A DNA stretch of 64,000 bases from Phoronis australis (lineage: Eukaryota > Animalia > Phoronida): positions 708,944-772,943 of the forward strand of contig NMRA01000136.1 of NCBI GenBank assembly GCA_002633005.1, given 5' to 3'. The position numbers and the translations under genes are program-made. Positions 60,101 through 64,000 of the stretch are shown in pieces; position 1 is the first letter of the stretch, and each line of letters starts with the position of its first letter. The notes under the pieces were generated by a model. It saw nothing but the letters and a program-made list of their open reading frames with translations, was not told the origin of the DNA and made no database searches.

Positions 60101-62996
60101 CATTATCCTGTACCCTTAATATTGTAATATAAACATTCATTTGTATAAAAGACACAAAATTATTTTGTGTATCCTGCAGTTCAACCTGATTGGAACTGAC
60201 TCTACTAGGTTGAATGCAGGTGTTAGAATTAGTAAAACACTGTCTTTATAATATTTGTACATGACCACATTCTACTCAGTGTTCATACGTTTCCCCAGAC
60301 ATGAAGAATCGGCGTTCCCAGTTGCATGAGTGGGTTAAGCGTGGCATGGTACCACAGTTCTTTGACGGCGTTGCCAGTAATGTGATCTCAAGGGGCCGCT
60401 TAAGGTCTGTGTGGCTAGGGGGACTAGTCAATCCACAGGCACTGTTCATGTCCATAAGACAGGAGAAGGCAGTGATCAGTCACTGTCTGCTGGACGAGGT
60501 AGGCTGTGGTGAAGGTGTGATGCTTTTGTTTAATACTTCTGTCCGATACGTTATTGCCCTGTTCCAAGAGCACTTATTAGGTATACCGGCGCAAATTATT
60601 ATGAATTGTAATGAATATATGAGACAGTCGTTAGTTGGAAAAACTTATCATATGGATAAAATGATTTGAACTTTTAACACAGACTTTAATAATTTCATAA
60701 ATCACTTACCGTAAAATGTCACTGCTTTAGGTCACAATAGTGTTCTTCACTCCTCCATCATTCTGTTCACTCTACGTCATTTTATCATCATCTTCCATAT
60801 CGTATTTACCAGTTTCAGCCTTATTGCTTGAAAGCCTACATGGTGCCCATTATTAATGTCTGTTGAATTTTTGACTTTATTACAACTATTTTATCAATTC
60901 CAACGACTTGGGCTACACTCACTTACTATTGCTGTCACGTACACATATCACTTCTTGCCTATAGGTGGTGCTAGCATGTGAGGTGTGTGCAGGTGAAGAC
61001 ATGGAGCGGGAGAGAAGTGATGATGATCCTGGGTTCTTTGTCACTGGACTCTACCTACAGGGTGCCAGCTGGGACAGTCAGAGTCAGAGTCTCATGGAGG
61101 CCAGGTGGGCTAGTTTAGGATTTGATTTCCAGATGAATAGGTCGAGTAAAAGGAGCATTAAATGTTCATGCGCAACCCAAATCTTGATTTACGATCGTAA
61201 CACATCACCAATTTAGGACATAAAATTTGGCTGGCAAGTTAACTTTTATTTTCTCATTTTCCACGAAGGGTGTTTTTAGTAATGTTCACGTTTTGTGCCA
61301 CAGCTACCATTAGACAACAAAGTACAGAAAAATTGAGTCAAATACTGGAATTTTCAATTGGGTTAGCACCGTTGGGTCCATCTCATGGACTTGAGTTTGG
61401 CTAGTGGTGTTATTATTGTTCTCGCCAATAGGTGGCGTTGTAATCAGACGTGGCATCGAGGTCAGGACACTATCCCATAAGTGTCACTAACTCAAGTAAA
61501 CAAATTCCAGTAATATGTTTTCTGTATTTTGTTACCTCAATTGGATGTCTCAAAACTTTCACGCTTCCATCAGACAGTAATTTGGGAAGCTTTTAAAAAA
61601 TGATACAATTGCAATGTTAGTCGATATTTTTATTTGAAATTGATGAGATTTTACTGTATTTAGACAAACTTTCACTAAGTGATGGTTGTTTTGTCCTTTA
61701 CTCTTCAGCTTAGTCATATTCATTTTACTTGTCCTCTTGCACCAACTTCAGTTTTACTATAGTCTATGTCATATTTTTTGTTTCTTTGACAAACAATTTT
61801 ACCTGAAGTATTTATTTAAGTTGGTATAAATCTGCATTCAGCTTGTCAAAAATGCTTTTTAATTTGCTGCTATAAAAGTGGCCTCAACTTGTTCCTTACT
61901 CAGGTGAGAAAATGTTTTTGAACTTGGAAAGAAGTGTTATTGTTTGAAGTCCTATTCAGTGCAGTGTGTCTCCTGCAGCAGTGCAGCTGTCAGTCATTTC
62001 CAATCCCTGAAATTTCCTCTAATTTGAGTTAAAAACAAGTCAAGATAAGTTTCATAGCGATATTAGTGACCTTAATTAGAAGTTACTGGCAATATTTTTA
62101 TGACAAACTGGTTTAATCCTGTACAGTAGCTTTAAAATTAAATTAAAATTTAAACATCTGTCATTGTTATTGTGCAAGTGTTGTGGTTTGTACTGGAACT
62201 ATGCTTAGATTATATTTCACAATTAGTTAGAATGGTTTATTATATAACTCTTACCAAACAGCTCTATTTGAAATGTGACTCATATGCATGTGGTCTTGTG
62301 TATTGCAAAAGCCTGTTGTTGAACAGTAGTTCATCAACACCCAATAAAGTAGTATTCGAGGAAAGACGTCTTCCTCACTATCAACATAAATATTATGAAA
62401 GTCAACAACAGATATCATTTTATCACAAAGTTTGTAAAACCAAGAATCTGGTGTACAGTTGTGTATTCCATTGTTGCCCAAAGGCATTGGGTAATAGTAA
62501 CTTACAGGGTGTTGCAGATTTTGAGAACCAGTTTGATGATGCATGTTATTCAGTGGAGGAAACTGGGACCTCAGTTAATGACTATTACTGATTTTTTTTA
62601 CTGAACCATGTTGCACGTTTCAGTGCTGCTCACCACCCCATGCCACCGGTGTATGTGACCGCTGTTGCTAAATCTGAGCTTGAAAACAACAATTCCGCAC
62701 TGGTTGCTGACCAACAAGAGTCAACCAATAACAGTGCTGACAACAAAACAACAGAAGCCAAGAATGATGGCAGTGAGGAGCCGGTGTTCACATACAACTG
62801 CCCTGTGTTTGTGAACAAAGGCAGGCAGATGTCTTTCATGAATGTACCATTGACTAGCCGAGAACCAATTGAACGTTGGAGTATGGGTGGTACTGCACTG
62901 ATTGTTGATCCAGGTAAGAAATTGAAGGACATTAGTGCACAACGGATCTATAATCTGAAAATTTGTAAATCAATTTCACACCAGTTTCAGGAGTGA
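1..62996 (+). CDS. Divergent dynein heavy chain-like gene (axonemal-type affinity, degenerate AAA1; possibly DNHD1-like or another divergent class), 5'-truncated by window, 62 exons
   Basis: Ordered dynein motifs across exons: LPLIDDLSNPAMRTRHW, FPRFYFLS, FEWRSQLQY, YGYEYLG, AAA2 GPSGCGKS, AAA3 GEHGCGKS/LIDDLN/RLLRHF, LLWQHEC, MTBD (ELRAMQKP...CQSLCDWV), AAA5 RPPLLIDPYG, RMMRPDR, WLIVDNLHLA, VWLGGLVNPQ, GLYLQGASWD, YNCPVF. All junctions GT-AG and phase-compatible; about 12.9 kb CDS in window. Confidence 0.95.
766..919 (+). CDS. dynein-like exon 2 (DHC_N2)
   Basis: ACLPLIDDLSNPAMRTRHWKQLVRVTG, typical DHC_N2 motif; TAG| and |GTAAGT. Confidence 0.92.
1285..1622 (+). CDS. dynein-like exon 3 (DHC_N2 plus Ser/Arg-rich insertion)
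   Basis: HVDDVRAIVQRAVKDLTIEKSLKTYEEVW...; phase 1 to 0. Confidence 0.88.
2138..2150 (+). promoter_or_regulatory. ETS-CRE composite motif within transposon arm
   Basis: CCGGAAGTGACGT about 140 bp upstream of THAP ATG at 2283; one-mismatch mirror copy at ~3216-3228. Confidence 0.4.
2274..3082 (-). pseudogene. Truncated, frameshifted THAP-domain transposase fragment
   Basis: THAP C2CH signature split over frames; downstream CxxC...C..GH..W zinc-ribbon-like segment; no DDE core present. Confidence 0.7.
3448..3657 (+). CDS. dynein-like exon 4 (linker)
   Basis: EVSDLYLLKNTDPIFEELEHHQIALQAM...WLNVQEKWVELEE. Confidence 0.9.
3833..3990. mobile_element. Putative MITE (~158 bp)
   Basis: Imperfect terminal inverted repeats TCAGGGTCTTGTGTAAAATCTCTGAACT / AGTACAGAGATTGAACCCAGTGCCCTGA. 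Confidence 0.45.
5297..5432 (+). CDS. dynein-like exon 5
   Basis: VYSGADVRHTLASDSNMFANTNRDFRMLMQATEKNPNVLQCC. Confidence 0.88.
6464..6607 (+). CDS. dynein-like exon 6 (linker)
   Basis: HLERRRQKFPRFYFLSIEDVLHI, hallmark dynein motif. Confidence 0.95.
6895..6965 (+). mobile_element. Degenerate tRNA-derived SINE head
   Basis: A-box-like TGGCTCAGTGG and B-box-like GGCTCGATTCT at tRNA spacing; no cloverleaf. Confidence 0.35.
7453..7693 (+). repeat. ~56-63 bp tandem repeat x4 spanning the exon 7 splice acceptor
   Basis: Unit ~TGCACTCCCCCTTTAG|GCTATGACCTGAACCAGGTGAACCTCTACATCAGTAAACTGTTT. Confidence 0.9.
7650..7801 (+). CDS. dynein-like exon 7
   Basis: GYDLNQVNLYISKLFENVGRIVF...ITAVQSFMGERLLF. 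Confidence 0.88.
8330..8531 (+). CDS. dynein-like exon 8
   Basis: PVPCEGNIETWLNHFIQAIK (cf. GxVExWL) then a basic/Pro-rich insertion. Confidence 0.88.
8580..8712. repeat. ~28 bp degenerate minisatellite x4
   Basis: GCATAATAAATTCTCTCCTTGTTATAA-like units. Confidence 0.6.
9331..9569 (+). CDS. dynein-like exon 9
   Basis: ERSSSRQGSKPGSRQG...WTLDHVTEIVYLATLINMT; phase 1 to 0. Confidence 0.8.
9628..9697 (+). repeat. Interspersed repeat fragment (CCAAT-containing), related copies at ~52692-52762 and ~54188-54258
   Basis: ACTGACCTATCG.CAGGATT.TGA.TGA..GCTTAACTGACCAATCAGAACGCAGCATTCTTGA shared. Confidence 0.7.
10084..10192 (+). CDS. dynein-like exon 10
   Basis: TAVAKINASLQQSVLMLKGLEGEKEVRQKKSKSLSD; CAG| and G|GTCAGT. 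Confidence 0.78.
10478..10642 (+). CDS. dynein-like exon 11 (insertion exon, copy 1)
   Basis: VRSAREAKEKSETLSESASQYGRG...; symmetric phase 1-1, 165 nt. Confidence 0.72.
10830..10994 (+). CDS. dynein-like exon 11 duplicate (likely allelic/assembly overlap)
   Basis: Identical exon 352 bp downstream, across N at 10672. Confidence 0.45.
11662..11756 (+). CDS. dynein-like exon 12 (insertion exon)
   Basis: SLVEPTTAEPVDTMNLMNSMSIVTSSKAKDEE; restores phase 1 to 0 between exons 11 and 13. Confidence 0.72.
11867..12196. repeat. 42 bp minisatellite (contains assembly N at 11987)
   Basis: GTAAGTGGTGATTGGTTCACTAGTAAGACCATTGTTCTGTTT units. Confidence 0.92.
12357..12668. repeat. 31 bp minisatellite, ~10 copies
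   Basis: CAGATGTCACCTTCATCCATTGTACCTGGCC units. Confidence 0.92.
12723..12941 (+). CDS. dynein-like exon 13 (end of linker)
   Basis: KISCVISLLAHQRDLL...SFEWRSQLQY. Confidence 0.92.
13663..13797 (+). repeat. 69 bp tandem duplication of exon 14 acceptor region
   Basis: CATCCTCC.CCTTTATCTATGTCTAG|TGCCTGGATGCTCAGTTTGACTATGGCTATGAGT twice. Confidence 0.9.
13764..14037 (+). CDS. dynein-like exon 14 (AAA1, degenerate Walker A)
   Basis: FDYGYEYLGSSNREVIIPSTERAF...GLPGSGKLSTV...FNC...FKGLAATG. Confidence 0.93.
14661..14990 (+). CDS. dynein-like exon 15 (AAA1, degenerate Walker B/sensor I)
   Basis: GSWVAFNNIRHM..SVLSVLA...FRVVSVAKPDLKLMVEVLLLSQG. Confidence 0.92.
15653..15871 (+). CDS. dynein-like exon 16 (AAA1 lid)
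   Basis: GFTNATELAHKTNLLYDVCRKLLS...HGWSVQTMKYVSYEAG. Confidence 0.88.
16194..16250 (+). CDS. dynein-like exon 17 (small acidic exon)
   Basis: ENVLDDEPSEKHEVEDQEK; CAG| and G|GTGAGT; symmetric phase 1-1. Confidence 0.62.
16393..16800. repeat. Minisatellite with 71 bp higher-order unit (36+35 bp monomers)
   Basis: CAAAAGTAATCAGACAATACAATATACAGTACCAGA alternating with CAAAAGTAATCAAACAATACAGCTACGATACCAAA. Confidence 0.92.
17344..17652 (+). CDS. dynein-like exon 18
   Basis: EDQAMVTALRNAFMPRLLDKEGTIFSTLLDDFWP (cf. ALRDxNxPKxxxxDxxxFxxLIxDLFP). Confidence 0.9.
18999..19213 (+). CDS. dynein-like exon 19
   Basis: DINDAIAVATSELNLMPGSSFQSRVAQLSHLNTSHQT. Confidence 0.82.
19788..19945 (+). CDS. dynein-like exon 20 (AAA2 P-loop)
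   Basis: IVVCGPSGCGKSECI...TKAVETGELLGYTDPQT. Confidence 0.92.
19902..20116 (+). repeat. Degenerate ~53 bp tandem repeat x4 derived from exon 20 3' end and donor
   Basis: Units GGAGA...TGG..TA..CTGATC......(G/T)TAAGTC(A/G)C. Confidence 0.6.
20492..20609 (+). CDS. dynein-like exon 21 (AAA2)
   Basis: EWKDGVFPSMLR...KVILLDG. Confidence 0.92.
21386..21620 (+). CDS. dynein-like exon 22 (AAA2)
   Basis: DPVQLELMESILHNDGSVILANNERL...FIWELDSLDHISPFILTNVG...W..W. Confidence 0.92.
22127..22311 (+). CDS. dynein-like exon 23
   Basis: IREVLQSFCEVYVEKALHYL...NMITTFCNLMD. Confidence 0.85.
23138..23308 (+). CDS. dynein-like exon 24
   Basis: YFNYACIWSFAGTLDSEYRDHFSSW...YPENGT. Confidence 0.9.
23682..23810 (+). 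CDS. dynein-like exon 25
   Basis: VFDFMVEGENHTFAHWKNYVSPY...FVFTVEYQ. Confidence 0.88.
24263..24453. mobile_element. Possible palindromic MITE relic
   Basis: Imperfect inverted pairs TAATGCA...ATGGC / GCCAT...TGCGATTA and CGAGGGTCGCAGATTT / AAATGCGGGACCCCCG. Confidence 0.3.
24632..24792 (+). CDS. dynein-like exon 26 (AAA3 P-loop)
   Basis: GKPIMLVGEHGCGKSLL. Confidence 0.93.
25237..25363 (+). CDS. dynein-like exon 27 (AAA3 Walker B)
   Basis: LEWKHGRTYVPKGNKKLMCLIDDLNLA. Confidence 0.93.
25542..25750 (+). CDS. dynein-like exon 28 (AAA3)
   Basis: VDKNGDQTAVELVRQHLDEGGFYD...TVNP...RLLRHF. Confidence 0.93.
26438..26561 (+). CDS. dynein-like exon 29
   Basis: SELQTIFSTLLQTHF. Confidence 0.85.
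26575..27200. repeat. ~28-29 bp minisatellite, degenerate at 5' end
   Basis: CATGGACATAGTGGGGTGCTCTCATACA units. Confidence 0.88.
29752..29922 (+). repeat. Diverged ~170 bp dispersed repeat, copy 1
   Basis: Aligns by eye with 31539-31708 (shared CTTTCACTGACCTT..TGTCA.TTTCAAAAG.CCT, CAAAATTCT). Confidence 0.65.
30536..30586. repeat. 24 bp tandem duplication
   Basis: ATTGGAATACACAAAAACGGTTTG x2. Confidence 0.85.
30630..31260. mobile_element. Possible decayed Mutator/MULE-like element fragment
   Basis: GACAAAAGCCCC / GAAAAAGCCC subterminal-type motifs; minus-strand broken frames faintly resemble WNVH...HPxIW-type transposase C-terminus. Confidence 0.25.
31539..31708 (+). repeat. Diverged ~170 bp dispersed repeat, copy 2
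   Basis: Direct-orientation homolog of 29752-29922. Confidence 0.65.
31951..32114 (+). CDS. dynein-like exon 30 (AAA3 lid)
   Basis: FLPTAQRCHYIFTMKDLATIF (cf. FLPTPxKxHYxFNLRDL). Confidence 0.92.
32333..32504 (+). CDS. dynein-like exon 31
   Basis: LLWQHECNWVYNKRMVSSVDR. Confidence 0.92.
32849..33088 (+). CDS. dynein-like exon 32
   Basis: KPVFSNLM...SWDDLKVLMERGVEEYNKNHPRIKLHLY. Confidence 0.88.
33461..33703 (+). CDS. dynein-like exon 33 (AAA4, degenerate P-loop)
   Basis: EKVCRLARIIASP...HLVGDGSPGRCTILAQLAAHL...FKADL...AG. Confidence 0.92.
34451..34656 (+). CDS. dynein-like exon 34 (AAA4)
   Basis: EENFLVFITEFVVNGAISHLFSYEE...WDFF. Confidence 0.9.
35012..35178 (+). CDS. dynein-like exon 35 (AAA4)
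   Basis: VRNNFRVCLIS...FQRRCREFSQL...WFSHWSRTKL. Confidence 0.9.
35665..35815 (+). CDS. dynein-like exon 36
   Basis: NISHMLASMH...HLTNTTYEKFVE. Confidence 0.85.
35959..36115 (+). CDS. dynein-like exon 37 (stalk CC1)
   Basis: ALSQIKEEDRRVDKLQKSLNHECVVLEERK coiled coil. Confidence 0.85.
36498..36602 (+). CDS. dynein-like exon 38 (stalk CC1)
   Basis: TVKILSQIGQDTAITEQQVKIV. Confidence 0.85.
36909..37083 (+). CDS. dynein-like exon 39 (CC1/MTBD)
   Basis: MNIESLGELRAMQKPNIDIEDLMAAIIMI. Confidence 0.88.
37396..37630 (+). CDS. dynein-like exon 40 (MTBD)
   Basis: DLTWQKGAKRQMANLERFIEELQSFD...PYLKKPSF...ACQSLCDWVKGV. Confidence 0.92.
37848..38308 (+). CDS. dynein-like exon 41 (stalk CC2)
   Basis: KVKPL...LADRL..L..E..R...GSCAIAAGFVSYLGPYHYNFR...W...L...GIP. 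Confidence 0.92.
38480..39160 (+). CDS. dynein-like exon 42 (E/K/S-rich low-complexity insertion)
   Basis: 681 nt open frame with TAG| acceptor and G|GTAATT donor, phase 1-1; (E/K)EVGESGS x3. Confidence 0.8.
40068..40313 (+). CDS. dynein-like exon 43
   Basis: ...YVKSLVMVLVGQKTYNEWLKK. Confidence 0.82.
41013..41172 (+). CDS. dynein-like exon 44 (AAA5)
   Basis: MENAAIIATSWQRPPLLIDPYGEGITQLKW. Confidence 0.92.
43353..43501 (+). CDS. dynein-like exon 45 (AAA5)
   Basis: IERGIIKGRHVLLKNCEEKLDSMIKPLI. Confidence 0.9.
44118..44494 (+). CDS. dynein-like exon 46 (AAA5/buttress)
   Basis: HPQFCLHLSSSLLKPNY...IVNY...LSDDLL...RPEL. Confidence 0.9.
44539..45020. mobile_element. Possible non-autonomous DNA transposon relic
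   Basis: Ends GGGGTTACTCCC...TATACGGG and AGTCAAATACCCCT form a short inverted pair; composition differs from flanking intron. Confidence 0.25.
45745..45877. repeat. 19 bp perfect minisatellite x7
   Basis: TAATCTATAAGCATCCCCA units. Confidence 0.95.
46817..47047 (+). CDS. dynein-like exon 47
   Basis: LLPIARRGAMLYNIVTSLAAIQREYQFSLFSF. Confidence 0.92.
48020..48125 (+). CDS. dynein-like exon 48 (insertion exon; alternative donor after 48113)
   Basis: EFNDGDSEHDVMGTVNNAPSSRASTHHSDAA; needed for phase 0 to 1. Confidence 0.7.
48484..48883 (+). CDS. dynein-like exon 49 (acidic insertion then AAA5 lid)
   Basis: D/E-rich then IKQTVDTLTANFFEKVY. Confidence 0.85.
49214..49323 (+). CDS. dynein-like exon 50
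   Basis: RLHEEHRLLFAALVCLNI...EEMQLILQG. Confidence 0.9.
50446..50670 (+). CDS. dynein-like exon 51
   Basis: PDWIPADKWDDILALS...WLQWYKSDVPE..PLP. Confidence 0.92.
50756..51005. repeat. Old ~125 bp tandem duplication
   Basis: Two diverged units starting GGTCAGTTAT and ending AATTTTGTAA. Confidence 0.5.
51790..52151 (+). CDS. dynein-like exon 52 (AAA6 start)
   Basis: FHHLLLVRMMRPDRFPIALSQYV. Confidence 0.9.
52318..52649. mobile_element. Possible MITE with CAGGGCCC-type termini (second copy ~53811-54144)
   Basis: CA(A/G)GGCCCTCAACCTTCGA ... TCGATGAAGAAGGGCCCTG; no clear TSD. Confidence 0.35.
53411..53591 (+). CDS. dynein-like exon 53 (AAA6, copy 1)
   Basis: VEYISLSDG...CWLIVDNLHLAPDSV. Confidence 0.8.
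54908..55088 (+). CDS. dynein-like exon 53 duplicate (likely allelic/assembly overlap)
   Basis: Identical exon within ~1.5 kb duplication across N at 53699. Confidence 0.5.
55670..55870 (+). CDS. dynein-like exon 54 (AAA6)
   Basis: CVWVISEPSDRIPSSLIQSLSK. Confidence 0.88.
56205..56476 (+). CDS. dynein-like exon 55 (AAA6 lid)
   Basis: VQGILQTRQMFGTRGASQWYPYS (cf. HAVxQERRKFGxxGWNxxYxF). Confidence 0.88.
57003..57150 (+). CDS. dynein-like exon 56
   Basis: LIFTNVLMCDWDVSYMTGLVEH...LPTPP. Confidence 0.8.
57548..57656 (+). CDS. dynein-like exon 57
   Basis: PCDYASWYREK...ALSLDVSDEKMYNEA; phase 1 to 2. Confidence 0.75.
58133..58412 (+). CDS. dynein-like exon 58 (C-terminal domain)
   Basis: ...MLPPLL...PETLGFVLLQ. 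Confidence 0.88.
58748..58949 (+). CDS. dynein-like exon 59
   Basis: ECRWLNSLLCHVRQSV...IPSSW...LITWLE. Confidence 0.88.
59017..59862 (+). repeat. Duplicate of 58172-59015 (partial exon 58 plus exon 59 copy 59595-59796), likely assembly overlap
   Basis: Begins exactly after N at 59016, mid-exon, without acceptor; few SNPs. Confidence 0.85.
60299..60498 (+). CDS. dynein-like exon 60
   Basis: RRSQLHEW...SVWLGGLVNPQALFMSIRQ...LD. Confidence 0.92.
60965..61104 (+). CDS. dynein-like exon 61
   Basis: GFFVTGLYLQGASWD. Confidence 0.93.
62624..62996 (+). CDS. dynein-like exon 62 (C-terminus; may instead splice after 62913)
   Basis: PMPPVYV...YNCPVFVNKGR...VPL...WSMGGTALIVD; stop at 62994-62996 or donor CAG|GTAAGA. 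Confidence 0.88.
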
Positions 62997-64000
62997 TCAT
63001 GAAATGAGATGCATGGACCTTGGATGGGAAGCTTTCATCATTGTACTAAGAAATTGCTCTTCCCGTCACAATCCTGCCAAATCAGTGCTTAATGCATTTT
63101 TGTGTATTTACTACCTGTTTGAAGATAGATTATTCTCATCCAAGGTCTGTAATTCCCATTCTTTGATCAACCCTGAGTTGGGGAAGCTCTACACCCAGGT
63201 CGAGTATTTTACGGCTTGAATGGAAAAGGTTATCTGATCATTTGTTTTTTACATTTTGATTTCCAATGTGTTAATGGGACATTATCAGCGAGAAAACTGA
63301 TTTCCTGGGATGAGTCTCAGTGTGGAATCTATACTAGAATCCTATGATGTAATCTAAACCTCATTCAATGGGTAGAAGTCAGTATTTTAAGTGTATTTGT
63401 TTGTTTAAGTTCATGGCTTTTATTTCAAGGAATTTTTAGCAGACGATGGCAAGACTTGGCGATTTGTTGTAAAATCCAAAAAACAAAGAAGTTTTAATGT
63501 TTTATAGCTCTGGTCAAAGCTAAGAACTTCAGAAATTTTATCCTATTCAACATAAATCCAAAATGCCGTTTTGGCCATAAAACCAATAATGCCCTTTTAA
63601 GATTATAGAACATGTGTTACAAGATAAATGTCATAGTTAATGCATGCGATTATCAGTTGCAGAAGTCAAGCTATCTTGTTTGAAAGAGGTTTTATTAGGG
63701 GTTTAAAACTTGTGGGCTATTTAATGCAATCTCTTAAGTCAGTTGATTTTGCGAAATTAACATTAATTTTGTGTTAGTTTGAATGTTTGAGCTTTGACTG
63801 TATTCTATAAATTTGTATGTGACGTAATTAGGAAAACTGCACTGGCCTGGTAAGTATTGTTGTAGTGAACAACAACTGAGAGCTTGACATGTTGTTGTTT
63901 TGAGCCTTCAACCTGATCCTGCCTGGTGAACAATGAGATAAAACTCACATTAAATCTAATCAAGTTTCACTCAATTCGTATTAAACATCAGCTGTGAACT

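Noticed and set aside
62172-62604. ORFs upstream of the last exon as extra coding exons
   Set aside because: Exon 61 splices in phase directly to 62624, and these ORFs have no dynein motifs.
1-64000. Prokaryotic systems (operons, CRISPR arrays, defence islands)
   Set aside because: The window is a spliceosomal-intron gene; the tandem repeats have no unique spacers and no cas-like ORFs are present.

Overview
Eukaryotic (AT-rich, probably marine invertebrate; not identifiable from sequence alone) genomic DNA. Almost the whole window is one + strand, intron-rich gene for a very divergent dynein heavy chain-like protein. I traced 62 GT-AG exons by hand; every junction is phase-compatible, giving about 4,300 codons with no in-frame stop. 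The gene enters the window in the linker/DHC_N2 region and continues through AAA1-AAA4, the stalk/MTBD, AAA5, AAA6 and the C-terminal domain; its 5' end lies upstream. The main observation is that the AAA1 ATPase site has lost its Walker A Thr, Walker B DE, sensor I, sensor II and the trans arginine finger, while the frame, stalk/MTBD and AAA2/AAA3 P-loops are kept and several large low-complexity insertions are added. This suggests a catalytically dead 'pseudo-motor' dynein. Introns hold a TTAA-flanked Kolobok-like element with mirrored 5' ends and THAP remnants, several MITE/SINE-like relics, minisatellites and tandem duplications of splice-site regions. Three exon-containing duplications abut single-N contig joins and are probably assembly artefacts.
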